DNA from: Cirrosporium novae-zelandiae
Lineage: Eukaryota
Assembly: GCA_026023565.1 (NCBI GenBank)
Contig: JAPETS010000001.1
Span: forward strand, 744,001-808,000
Direction of reading: 5' to 3'
DNA length: 64,000 bases
Made by a program: the position numbers and the translations under genes. The notes under the pieces were generated by a model. The model saw nothing but the letters and a program-made list of their open reading frames with translations, did no database searches and had not been told where the DNA came from. Each line of letters starts with the position of its first letter. Position 1 is the stretch's first letter. Of this stretch, positions 38,377 through 51,065 are shown one piece after another.

Positions 38377-39620
38377 AATAATATGGGTGTTTAGAATGAA
38401 TGATAGTACCGGTAAGTTTTGTCCTTTTGGTATCTTCCTTCCAGAGAACATGGTGTTGAAACCAGGGAGGTCCTCGGACAATTTTACGGTGACTATTCAT
38501 GCTTAATTTGTAAAGTAAAACGCCTATATTGCAATAGATTTTTAGAATCCAGCGGAGTAGAGAATTTTTGATACGTTTCAACTATTGCTCCCATTGCAAG
38601 ATTAGCCACCGCGAAAAAAAAAAAACTATACCACCGTCATCCTCCTTGACCACCCTCCACGCGCTCATCAATTTCCCCCTACCTAACCTATTACTACTCT
38701 ACCTTCTCCATCTCTCTATCTCCCACACCCATTTTCTCCAAGGGCCGTCCTTCCCCCTCAACAGAAACCTCATGCCCCCTCATCCTCACCCCAGCACGCT
38801 CCAACTGTCTCCACAGCCCCTAATACCCAGGCTTAGGGACCTAGTGCAGAACTCGGTGATATTGAGTGCAAGGCATGTATTGTAGGGGTGAGGGAGAAGG
38901 AAAGTTTAGGTGAAGGCTGTGAAGAGGGAGTAGATGCGGGATTTGAGGGTGAGGGTGAGAGTGGGGTTGAGGTTGAGAGGGAGGCTTGCTTTTGGGGTTT
39001 AGACTATAGTTGTGGGTTCCCAGTGGGAAGAGGAAGGACATTGACTTACCCTCCTATCACACTCTCCGTGCTCATCCCCTTACTCCTCACAACCTCATGC
39101 AACCTAGGCGCACAACAAACTACACAATACATAAAGATTCATGAAACAGATTGTCGTGATTTATCGAAAGTAGAACTGCCCCAATATATGTTGTCAGGTT
39201 TGCTTTATTTCGAGTTACAGTTCTAGTATAGTACAGAACTCTTAGATTTGATTTGGACAATTTAAACTTATTACTGAAAATGGTGTTGCTGAGAAGATAT
39301 ATATATACGTAGATAAAAACCATTGAAAGGGAATCATACATGGGCGCCTTACCTATTCGACCATAGTTGCTATAAATATAGCCGGGGGGAATCGAACAAA
39401 TGAACCGGCGAATAGTTCATTTATCGCCACACACAAAGCAAACTTGAACTTGTGGACTCTGTAGGTTAACCATGGGACAAGGAAACCCGATAGGCTAGGG
39501 GATCAAGTTCAAGTTCCAGTATACATTCATAGTAGAGTGTGGTGGTTCCACACGTTCGTGAACGTCAATGCGAAGGCTTTCCCACGGATGGTCCACTGAC
39601 CTCTTGGCATTTAGAACATT

Positions 39621-41042
39621 TTACGCAAAGCCGATTGCGGTTTTAACCGCTTCCATCGTTACATTCGCACTGGCTTGTGCTTTTTCCGCTCCCATGGTAG
39701 CAAGCTTGTCCAACTGCCTTCCGTCATCGCCTTCCATGAGATTAAAATACTTTTCCCGAATAGGAGCAATTGCATGATCTATCGTTGCAGCGACATGCTC
39801 CTTGAATTCACGCATGCTCAAGGATTTAAACTCATTGGCTAGTTCTTCGGGTGGTTTCGTGTCGTCGTTTAGATGGCTCATGATATCTAAAAGGTTCGAG
39901 ACACCGGGGCGGTTCTTGGTGTCGTAAGATAGCCCCTCCGTGGAATCTGTTAGCGCTCGCCGTATCTTCTTATCGATCTCATCGCGAGAGTCTGTGATTA
40001 GAATCCGTGATCGTGGGTCTTCGGCAGACTTCGACATTTTTGACTTTGGGTCCTTTAGAGACATGACTCTACGGGCAGGTGCTATTGAAAGCGTGTAAGC
40101 CGAGCAAACAAACGAAGCTATATCCTGGTGTGATTTAAAGAACATACATAGAACAGTTTGCGGTACAGTCAATATCTTGCCATAGATATTATTGAAGCCT
40201 AATGCAACATCTCTAGCAAACTCGAGATGTTGCGCCTGGTCTTCTCCAACGGGTACGTGGGTTGCCCTGCGGCCAGTGAGAATGTTGGACAATGTCAAAC
40301 CCTATGCAAGGCATACCGATGGATAAGGACGTCGGCAGCTTGCAAGACGGGATAGGAAAACAGTCCTAACTTCAGCTTATTCTTCGATGCTTGATCTGCG
40401 GGTGTAGCTGAGTCTGGTAGTGACAATTTGCTCTTGCAAATATCAGAATAGTATTTTCCTATCAAATTAAAGGAACATCCTCACCTTCCACTGCGTCATC
40501 CGTGATAGATATCCCATAGAAGCTGTACAACTGAGGATCCACATCAATTCCGCATGGGCGAGAACCTATATCATTTTAGCCCATTGTATATTCCTTCTAC
40601 AATAGTTTCATGTCAATCGTACTGCGGACTGGAAATAGACGGTTGAACGTTCGCAGTCAAGGCCAATAGCAAGCAGAGCTGCGAACGACTCACGTCGCCA
40701 TTGCCGCAGTTTTCCAGGATCCTGTGGCATCGTGATGGCGTGCAGATCAGCCACAGAATATATCAACTTTGTTCCCGGGGGTGCGGCATTCTGCATTTGA
40801 ACCCATTGACGTAGCGCTCCTAGGTAATTACCCAGGTGAGGGATACCTGTGGGCTGGATTCCGGAAAAGACGACATCGGATGCAGTAGGCGCGGATGAAG
40901 TGAGGGTTGATTGGGAGCTCTGGAATCGGGTTTGAGAGAGTTGAGAGAATTTATTAGGATAACATTTTCCAAGGCATGCAATTACAGTCACAGGTTGTGA
41001 CACCTTGAAATATCGAAGAAGGTTCCGATCTGCTTTCAACAT
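39621..41042 (-). CDS. MSW1: Mitochondrial tryptophanyl-tRNA synthetase
   Basis: [60 protein letters not shown]; four introns; exact start uncertain. Confidence 0.95.
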
Positions 41043-41437
41043 TTCTTCTTCATGAGCTCTTTTGGAATTGTTTCCCTGGCTAATCCTCCGAACTTTAGAC
41101 TATACGGCCTTGGCATTTCTGCTTCTGGTGGAAAGCTGGCCGGTGTCTTGCTATTTCGTTATTTCGTAATTAGTTGGCCAAGGTCTTCTATTAGGGTACG
41201 AATGGATAATATACATAATAGATTTAGTTATGCCTTTATTCTAGTCTAGCTAAGGCTTCAAAAAGGATATCTAGAGAAAATATTCATACATAGTTAGACA
41301 CGATAGACCACTATCGTCGAATTTTGGTAAAGGGTTTGGCATCCACTCGGGCCAGGATATATATACATTAGTTAGAACCCAGAATAAAATGTATCCGAGC
41401 TCATATCTCAGAACATGCGAGCATCTTTCGTCAAGCT

Positions 41438-42442
41438 TTACATATCCCTAGATAAAAATCCTTCACGTCCATGCTGGAACCTCTTATCTTTCAGAATATC
41501 CAAAATCTTCTTAGGCGTCTCGACACCCTTATTTCTACCAAACTGTTCAAATTGTTCCCCAAAAGCCTTATCAAGTTGTTCTACACTGGCGTCCATATTT
41601 TTCGCCACACCTAGAATAACTTGTTAGCATTAGCCCAATTTCAAGTGCGAATATTACTAACCAAGCTTTTCATATTCCCAAACGTTAGCTTTCATACCAA
41701 CTGCATAATATGCATGCTTCTTTAGATAGGCTAGCCATATCTGCACAGTGTCAGGATGCCCATCTGAAATTTGAATAAGACGTCTCAATGTCTTCCTTTC
41801 GAAGTTCTCTTGACTTTTCTTGTGGACAAAACTGGCTCTTGGGACAGTCCATCGTTCTACGATACGGGGTAAAGGAGTTGGCCCTGAGGCAGGGAGGTTC
41901 AGATAGTATGCGGCACGAAGGGCAAAGTCGGCAAAGAATTCTAAATTACGGACGCTGTAGGACCGTAGCTGTAAGTCACAGGCAGGAACGCCATAGGTTG
42001 CGTTGCGTCGAAGCGGCTTGAGATAAATTGTTTGGACAGCCCGCGGTAACCGGGGGTTTATAGTCTCGCTTCTAGGAGGAATCGATTTTCTGTTTTGGAC
42101 GATCAAAAAGCTGCCTTTTTGGAAGGGGAGGGGTAAATCATGTTTACGATAATGTGTTCTGAGGTGGTTGCACTCTGGACTTGGAATTAGCCGGATCTGA
42201 GAATACAATTTGTTTGTTCAATTGATATGTCTCACATTTTCGAGGATTCGGCCTCTTTCATGTCTATGGGAGCATTTCGGAGAGAGGAGTTAGAGAAGCA
42301 AGCTCTGCTGAGAACAATTTGCGGCGGAGAAGAGATCTAGACCAATTAATTAGGATTAATTAAATAATAAATAAAGGCTTCACAATACTTTTATGCGCTT
42401 TGAAAGGCCCCAAGCCGACCGGCAGAAACCAGGATTGGCCAT
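41438..42442 (-). CDS. RSM10: Mitochondrial ribosomal protein uS10m
   Basis: LQLRSYSVRNLEFFADFALRAAYYL, GPTPLPRIVERWTVPRASFVHKKSQENFER; presequence-like MANPGFCRSAWGLSKR; four introns. Confidence 0.92.
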
Positions 42443-42808
42443 TTGGAGTGTACTGTAACGCTGAGGGGAGATATCGGTAATGCGCAGAGTAATGTTAAGG
42501 CAAAAGCGCCTTTGGCGGGATACTAAGCGCCAAACGCGATGGTGTTGAAAATCGGCCGAGACGTTGCGGGAAGAAGGAAGGAAGTGGGCACGGTGGAGAC
42601 CGCTTTTAGCCCTGAACGTTCTTATGAGCAGAAATATTAGATATAAAGTCATCTCGATTACTGTAAATGCTCAAAAATGCTCTTATAAGATCAGGCATTA
42701 GTCACGCATGAGCTTAAACAAGGGTTCCTGATCTATAAAGATCGAGATAAGTACTTCCTTCCAGCTCGCTGGATCACTGTCTCTTGATACTATTCCCGAG
42801 TATGCAAA

Positions 42809-44123
42809 ATGGCTGAAGCCGCTCGCCGCAGTATATTTGCCCTTGCGAAAGAAACTCAACGTGCCATAGAGGCTAAGCTCCCTCCAGAGCTAAGGAAACC
42901 TGAAGTCGGTGTCATCTGTGGTTCTGGCCTTGGTGGACTGGCAGATTTAGTGCATTCAGAGCTAAAAGTCGAAATCAACTATTCTGATCTGATACATTTC
43001 CCAGTGTCTACCGGTGAGATCTAGTCTTTGATAAAAATTTATAACAGCTACAAATGCTCATAAAGTCCATGGAGACAACTACTTATCAACTTTGCAGTCC
43101 CGGGACATGCAGGGAAACTTGTCTTTGCTTTCCTTGGCCAAAGAAGAAAGCCAGCAGTACTCATGGTCGGACGAACACAGTAAGGCACTTCGGTTCATAA
43201 ATTGGTCAATTACATGATTACTTATAGGATAATTTAACAGCTTCTACGAAGGCCATAGCATCGAGAAAGTCACGTTTCCTATACGAGTATTCAAATTGCT
43301 GGGAGTATCAGAAGTCATTGGTATGTGTTGTTGATTGATTAAAGTAAATTGATAACCTGTATTGACACGGCACTTAGTCACGAATGCGGCTGGTAGCTTG
43401 AACCAGGAATATGCTGTCGGGGACATAGTAGTACTACGCGATGTAAGAAGCCGCTCCCTCCAGGTGCTTTATTAGTATATTAAAGCTCGTAGCATCTCAA
43501 TATTCCAGGCTTTGCAGGCATCCATCCACTACGCGGCCCTAACGAGGAAGACTTTGGCGTTCGCTTCCCTGCGCTATCAGATGCGTATGACCTTAAGCTC
43601 CGAAAGGTGGCTCATCAAGCTTGGAAGAAAACTTCAGGAAATCCTGGACGAGGTACAAGACGAATACACGAAGGCGTCTATGCCTTCGTTGGAGGCCCAA
43701 GGTAAGCATATACCTACTCTAAAGAGACGTTATTAGCCTAAGAATGCCAATAGCTATGAAACCCGTGCCGAGTGTCGAATGTTGGCAACTCTCGGAGCCG
43801 ATGTAGTTGGGATGTCTACTGTTCCTGAGATCTGTGTTGCCAGGCATTGCGGGATACGAGTGCTTGCGCTCAGTCTTGTAACAAATAAGTCTGTACTTGA
43901 TCCTGGTCCAAGTGGTGATGACCCTCTTGTTGTTAAAGCAAGTGACAAGGAGTTGAAAGAAATAATATCGAAGGGAAGAGCGAATCATGAGGAGGTCATG
44001 GAGGCAGGTCGCCAGGCTGCCGCTGATTTGCAGGTAATATCCACTAGTCCCTTGACTGTTGCTGCTCTAACTGACACATCCTGTACGAAGATATTGGTCC
44101 AGCAGATTGTAGAAGAGATATAG
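42809..44123 (+). CDS. PNP1: Purine nucleoside phosphorylase (trimeric PNP)
   Basis: [60 protein letters not shown]; about 6 introns. Confidence 0.96.
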
Positions 44124-44398
44124 ATGGAGAGCCAGGATTGATGCACTGTATGAGCTTCCTATGGCTTTCATTGATAAGCAGGATACCGACAAACAAGTTC
44201 GTAGCATAAACGTGTGGTTTAGCTAATAGAAAGTTGCAAATATAATCTTTTCATAAAGGCCCATAAAGGTTCATAACGGAGTCTTGTTATCGTGTTTGTC
44301 TAGAGCAAGACTGCCAAGTATAGTTCGATAAAGGCCTTGGAGCGTAGATGTAGTTGTTGATCGCGTAATAGTGAACATATGATAGCAATGGATGAATT

Positions 44399-45307
44399 TT
44401 ACCGCTTGATATGTTTACGCCTCTGTTGTACTGCCTTGTAATGCGCCTTTTTACCGCTGGTCTTGGCAACTTGTACATCGTCATACCTGCTTTTGAAGTA
44501 TCCACGTTCCTTTTCTCCTGCCAATACATCTTCAACGAAGGTCCTCTTTCGGTCTTTATTCTGAATCCTCGCGCTATAAAATTCCGTCGGTCCCTCCACG
44601 ATAGTACCAACCTGTGAATATTCTGGAGCTCCCATTTTTCCGTGTTCCCTTTTGTAAAATCTTTTTGGGTCAAGGGCTCCTCGCATCTTGAGTAATTGCA
44701 AGTCTCGTTTTAGTTCAGTGTTTGTGAGATCCGTACGAGGGAGATTAAACCATTCGGGCCCTGCTGTTGCTTTCTTTTCCTATTACAGAATTCCGTTAGT
44801 ATTGTTTTATTTGAGCATTCACGGAATTTGATAGATGGAAGGATGGAGCCTCAGAGTAACTATGTTATATATACTTTCATTCGTGCAGGACAGCCCAAGA
44901 CGGACCGTAGAATCTGCATCAAGAATCTAATGGGAAAAATTTCCTCATAGGCAAAGACCACGATCAGGAGGAAGTGGAAATAAGCTTACTTCTTCAGATT
45001 TCTTCTTTAGAATAAGGGGATCTGTAACTAGACGTGGAGCATTCGAAAGGTCTTTGGTGTTTTCGTCCACGAGACGAGCAGCGTCAGTACGAGCTATACC
45101 ACCGATATTCTTAATATAAGATGGTGGGGCATCTCCGAGATCAAGTTTTGGGAGTGTTGCCAATGTATTATTATTATTGTCTGTAGAGGACTGAGCAGCT
45201 CGAAGTCTGGTTTCTGCATTTTTCAACAACTGTTGTATCTGGTCATCAGAGAGATCCTCAACTTCCTCAGTAATACCTAGATAAGACCTTTCAGAATCCG
45301 AATCCAT
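44399..45307 (-). CDS. FCF2: rRNA-processing protein Fcf2
   Basis: TAGPEWFNLPRT..ELKRDLQLLKMRGALDPKRFYK, QVGTIVEGPTEFYSARI; one ~210-nt intron (44989-44780). Confidence 0.93.
44847..44952 (-). ncRNA. Intronic box C/D snoRNA, snR63/SNORD46-like (guide for LSU rRNA Am2256, yeast numbering)
   Basis: Minus strand: gcct ATGAGGA (C box, 44948-44942) ... CATAGTTACT CTGA (D box, 44854-44851) ggc. Terminal stem present; guide is complementary to conserved LSU AGUAACUAUG; ~65 nt upstream of the 3' splice site. Confidence 0.8.
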
Positions 45308-46731
45308 GATAGCTCAAAAAAAAATACTAGGAGGAAAAAAAAGTGGAGGAAGGTAAGAAAAAAAGCGTAGAGAGAAAAAATTAATAGTTGGGTTGTTTGA
45401 TGGGTGGCTCGTACCGAAGCGAGAATAGGCTAACAGGCGAAATATTTTTCCTTTTATGTTATGCCGAGCATACCGAGGCAGCCTATCATATTAATTTCAT
45501 AGCAGGGCATGCAGGGCTACACTTATGCAAAATTGCCTTGATTCTTCTGCTTTTTATCAGAAATTATTTGCTGTCATGAAACAAATTATTTAATTTTTAC
45601 CCAACGCTTGCCTTACTTTAGGCTCCTCAGGCATCCCTATGATCTCATGCTGGGTACAAAGGATGACGGTGGAAGGAGGAAGTTGGATAACAATTTCAGT
45701 GTATCGGTACTTACTTAATACTTCTGCGAGAGACCAAGGCAGGCACACCAGTGATGTGCTGGCGATGGGCTCAGCAAAACCCGAACACCATAAGAAAAGG
45801 CTCATTCGATTGGTGGTGGGAGAATGATTCAAGGATGTGGTACTCGCCTTGGATATGTGATGACAGCCATAAGAGTCATGATGGTGGCTGAAAATGAGGA
45901 ACTTTGTAGTTATATAATAGAGTGTAAATCTTGTCTTTAGCCATGAACGCCATGATCCCATCGATAGTTAGTTTCCCCAAATCAGTGTATTTAAATTTAT
46001 TTTTAATATGTATTAGGATAATCTTGTATCACCTTAGTCAAAGTTCATCAAGCAAAAGAAAAAGAAAAAGGAAAAGAAGTGGCCAGACGGTACCAGACTT
46101 AACTATCCATTCTCGAGCTCTGTTTCGTCCGGCTTTCAGGCTTCAGGCTTCACCCGTTCATCCGTTCGTTCGCTCAGAAAATCGCAGGAAGAGCCAGCCA
46201 CCCAGACGTGTCAGGCACTGCCATTTGATTCGTTCTGTGCCCGAGGACGGAACCTCTCCAGACTACCCAGCTACCCAAGACGTCAACAACAAAAGTCTTG
46301 GGTAGGTAAACAAACCACCGAGCAAGGCCTTATCTACTTTGATTTCACTTCAATTTTCGTCGTCAAGCATTAGATGCTGAATTCCTGATGAAAAGCTCCA
46401 GTCGGAATCCACCTATTTCCTTCACGTGACGCTGCCCCACCCTTTCAGCTTCCTCTTCCTTCGCAAAAGCGAACTTCAACATTTCTTGAAGTATCGACAG
46501 ACAGACCAAGCTCTTGCCAATTGCGCCTTCCTGCGCTGATCCCCAAAATACCTATTTCTCACCGCTCTACATCGAAACAATCCAGCAGAAGTACTCTCAC
46601 GTACCCTTACTTACAAATTACGTCAATTCTTTTCTTGCGCCTGGCCTATACTTGGCCTGCGCGTCCTCGTATACAAATTTCCAATCCTCCAGCCGAACAA
46701 ACAGAGAACTCACATACCTTTCAATCCAACC

Positions 46732-47977
46732 ATGGAACAGAATCCCCAAGGCTCTGGGCAGCAGCAGCAGCAGCAGCAGCGCCAGCAGCCGGTATACGAT
46801 CTTGGAAATGGTGGTCATTTTGGTACGTCGTTATTCTGTCGCTGCTCAAATTTGACAAGCTTTGCTTATGCGCGCCGTTTGCATCCACTGACCTTGTCAA
46901 TCATTCCGGACCATTGCGGCTGACTAAATTTAACCACAGGTGCCAGCGCGACTGTACGTTCCTATGATCCTTTGCTAATTGGATTTTTTCCGCATCTTCT
47001 TGACGTAATTTACGCTGATATGGAGAGATAGCTCTCTGCACAAGGTTACGCACCCTCTGCTGACCTGTATACAGGAATCTGGGCGAACGTAAGTCAGAAT
47101 TATTATTTTTGTAATATTACAGCTAGTTCTGATGGTTCTTTGTTCTAGGTGAATCAAGGATTAAGTGGCAATTATCGTGACATTCTTACCACATACTGGC
47201 AGCAAATGATCAATCACCTAGAGGGTGATAATCATGACTATAAACAACATCAATTACCATTGGCAAGGATAAAGAAAGTGATGAAAGCAGATCCAGAGGT
47301 AAAAATGATATCCGCCGAAGCGCCTATACTATTTGCCAAAGGATGTGATATCTTCATCACCGAATTGACCATGCGCGCCTGGATACATGCTGAAGAAAAT
47401 AAGCGGCGAACACTCCAGCGTTCAGATATTGCGAATGCACTTGCAAGATCAGATATGTTTGATTTTTTGATAGACATTGTTCCTCGTGAAGAAGCTTCGT
47501 CGCATGCAAAGAGAAGTGGCGGTCAGTCTCACACATCACAGGCTGCTGCTTCAGCACCTACACAGGGACAGCTTCCTCAACAGCCACCCCCACAACCTCC
47601 ACAACAACATCACATGCCACCTCCAGATTATAGCCATCTTGGTCAACCGATGCATCCCGAACAAGAATACCGGCAACCGCAAGCAATGTACACTCAAGCC
47701 GTTCAGTCAGACCCAACTGGCTACGGGCAGCCTCAGCAACCACAAATGTCATTCGATGGGATGTATGGATATACTATGCCACCACAAGGAGTATGTACTG
47801 AAACATTACTTATTTAGAACACTTGAAAAGTAATGCTAATTGTAGTAGATGTACCAAGTTGGTCAAAGACCGCAAGATCCTTCGGCAGCCCAGGATCCAA
47901 CCCATCATTACCAGAGACATGACGGAGGTGATGTTGATGCAGATGCAGAAGGCGAACGTGACTATGAGGTTGGTTGA
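46732..47977 (+). CDS. hapE: CCAAT-binding complex subunit HapE (NF-YC/Hap5)
   Basis: Histone-fold HQLPLARIKKVMKADPEVKMISAEAPILFAKGCDIFITELTMRAW...DMFDFLIDIVPR; Q/P-rich tail; 14-nt micro-exon 46940-46953; last exon depends on a TAGTAG acceptor. Confidence 0.96.
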
Positions 47978-48319
47978 TAAAGTCAGTCACCAGATGCGGT
48001 CATGGTTCTTTGGAGAGGATCTCCGGCGATCATGACTTGTCTCTAGGTCAAGGCAACCAACCACATCATCAACTCCTTTCCGTTCTCAATCCTCGGTGGC
48101 GTTGGGGGCTTTTCTATCATGAGATTGGCGAAGATCCTCAGAGGAATACAGCACGATTGGGATCAAAGGTATGCGGGTTATTCATTCAATGATTCAGGTA
48201 TGGAATTGGGGTCAAAACGTTTCTCACGATATAGTCATGTCATGCATGCTTCTTCTTTACACTTTCAATTCGCTGTCTAGACAGCGCATAAATATTTTCA
48301 GAAGAATCAAATCTCATGA

Positions 48320-51065
48320 TCACGATTTGCCGTAACCAAACCTCGAAGATAATGCCGAAAAGTTGCCGGTCTTTACGGGACTTTGCACAGTATGGGTAAG
48401 TCTAGTGATGACGGTCAGCTCATGCTCGCTTAAATCAATACTTAGAAACGTTTTAGGGAGGTCATACTTCTCGAGAAGAGTGGGTCCATTGATTGCGTTA
48501 ACCCTTCCGTATTTTTTATTTCTCGTAGAAATATCATAATACTCATCGGAATTGTCGGCTTGCATCAACGTTACCGTTTGGTGAAGCTCGTCCAGATTTT
48601 CCCGCAAGATTGGATTGCGCAAGCTATCGACGAAATCCATAAGGTAGCGCACATCGCGAGCGAGAGCGGCAACACCATTGGGGTTGATGTATTTGACATC
48701 AGGACTTAGAGGGAGGGACTACGAGGAGATTAGACATGGGCGTAAGGTGGCGACGAGAAATAGAAGAGATTTGGCTTACTAAAATCATGTCTCCTGCGTG
48801 ACTGAGAGCATCGAAATATATCAGCTCTTTAATCTCAGTAGGAAGACCCAACAACACCGAGTTCATAATATCAGAAAGATATCCTGTCAAAGTAACCATG
48901 TAACTACTGGGGTCGGGCGTCACCGTAGGTGCTATCCATTCATATTCCGCCGTCTCGACCAAATCATCGATCTTCGAGTTTACTAGCTCAAAAATTCGTT
49001 TTTCGGCCGTCTTCTTATTGCTCCTAAACTGTTCAGTGGCATTGAGAACGATGGGTCCTCCGGTGGAATCGGAAGATCTTGCTGCAGCTAGTAGACCCTC
49101 AAGTTCTGAACAGGCTGTCTCGAAGTGCTCGAGATTGATGAGGATCTGAACTATTTGCCCAAGGTATTGGGAGCTAAGGCGTTCGACGAGGGATTTGCAT
49201 ACTTTTTCAGAGAGGAGTTCATCGAGGGACTAAAGTTTTCAGTAGGGAGCCTTGATGGTATGTATAGCTCGGGGTAGCTTACTGTTTTGAGTGTCTCGTC
49301 AATAACGCTGGGGTTTTGGAAGTGATCGTCTGAGAAGAAGTAGAATTGGTTGAGAAAGTTCCGGATGTCAATACAACAGAGGGGGTACATGCGAGAGAAC
49401 GGGAGGACGCAGGGGAATCTGAATAAGTTAGCGACAATCTACTAAAGTACAGGAAAGAAGTACCTAAGCTGATCTCGATTCACCTCTGGCGTATACCAGC
49501 TAACGTTGATCACCTTATCAAAGTCCTCGATATTGTTAACTGGCATAGGCATATAATCGTCGGTCGATACAATCTAACAATATGGTTAATTGGGTGGATG
49601 CAGCACACCGAGGAATAGTCAACTTACCTCTTGAAAATCTTCACTGAATCGTTGTTTGAGGAGATCTGCGTATTTATCAAAAAGTTTAAGGAGGAAAGAG
49701 TCTAGAAGACCAACTGGATACCCCCAGCTCTTTGAAGTAGTTAGATATCGCCATGCATTCGATAATCTAGGGATTACATACCTCCATTGTTTGAATGAAT
49801 AGTGCAATAACACCTTTAATTTTCAAAAGCTCCTCCGCATTTTGAACATCATATAAGGCCTTTGAAATTAAAGCAATAGCACTGCGGCACACCGAATCCC
49901 AAAGTTCATCGACCTAGAGCGATAGTTAGCAATGTAGGGGAGATATTGAGCATTCCCTTACGTCTACTAATGACCGGAGCTCTGGAGCTTTCTTCATAGT
50001 TGCTTTTTCAACAATGGCAAAGCCTGCAATACTTTCTAGCAGACTGCTAAGATTTGCATTATCCTCGTCATTAAAAGTTATTGACGAAGGAAGTAGTAGT
50101 TCCTTCTGCCGTCGTCGGGTAGAGGAATACTCAGCCCGAAATTTATCCATACGTCCCAAAGCTTCGTGGATATGTAGGCATTCAAATAATGGGGTAAAGT
50201 CCACTTGCACATCTTCATTGTCAAGAATATCGAACTCTTCTACTTCATCTGAGACCAGTTCAATCGCCGAATTTAGCTTGACTGAAGCTAGTTGTCCAAT
50301 ATTCTCTGCTCGGGTCTTCTGTCTTGCTCTTCTCATCTCCGTATTATAGAAGGCAACCTCACCTAGGAATTGGGAGGTCTCTCGGATACGGAATAGCCAA
50401 GTATTGAGGTCGGACATAACTGCGTCCGCGATCAACTTCTGGGTAGTTGGTACGGACTTTTGGATCATCTCAGCGATTTTATAATGTGTTATCTCCTTCA
50501 AATGAACATTCTGTAATTCATCTAGAGCTCTCAAAGCAGCATAGTGATTTTTCTTCCCAAGAAGATCATGAACTTGATTCGCAAGTCGCAGGACCTCCAA
50601 GCAATCATTCAACGCTTGAGTAGTCTCATCAATATTCTGTCGTACGCCACGAGATTCCACAAGGCCCTTTTTCTGTTCCGCCAATTTCTCTGTGCTGTTT
50701 TGTATTGATTGGTTGAGACTGAGGATTTCGGATGTTAAATTAACAGTGCCTTCCCGCACACGCAGTAGTTGATTGACCGAGGCAACAAACTCCTGGTGGT
50801 TGGTGTTACACATTCCTTCGATCTCTGATTCCTTCTCATCCGCAAACCTCGAGAGCTGTTGGAGGAGCTCAGACGCTTGTCGACCAGAGCTGGCATCTTT
50901 TATCGCTGGTATAAGCTGGTCCAGATAATCTGCGTCGGAAGGAGAGGTGATAATCTACATGAAGGTTAGACTCTGAACTTCTTCTCTGAAGAGCTCACAA
51001 CAGAAGCACAATACCTGATTGACAGCATACGAAAGATCAAGACGAGGCTCTATAGCTGCCGGCAT
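48320..51065 (-). CDS. SEC15: Exocyst subunit Sec15
   Basis: DYLDQLIP, CNTNHQEFV.SV, VDFTPLFECLHIH, DDYMPMPV, LPFSRMYPLCCIDIRNF, QILINLEHFE, KIDDLVETAEYEW; about 8 introns. Confidence 0.95.

Noticed and set aside
39381..39400. GTTCGATTCCCC on the minus strand resembles a tRNA T-loop/B-box
   Set aside because: No T-stem pairing, acceptor stem or A-box; a cloverleaf cannot be built.
41360..41367. TGTATATA Puf3-like element in the RSM10 3'UTR
   Set aside because: Lies in an AT run where such matches are common, and there is no equal match after MSW1.
45857..45891. GTGATGA...CTGA pair resembling a C/D snoRNA
   Set aside because: Only 35 nt long and no uninterrupted 10-nt rRNA complement.
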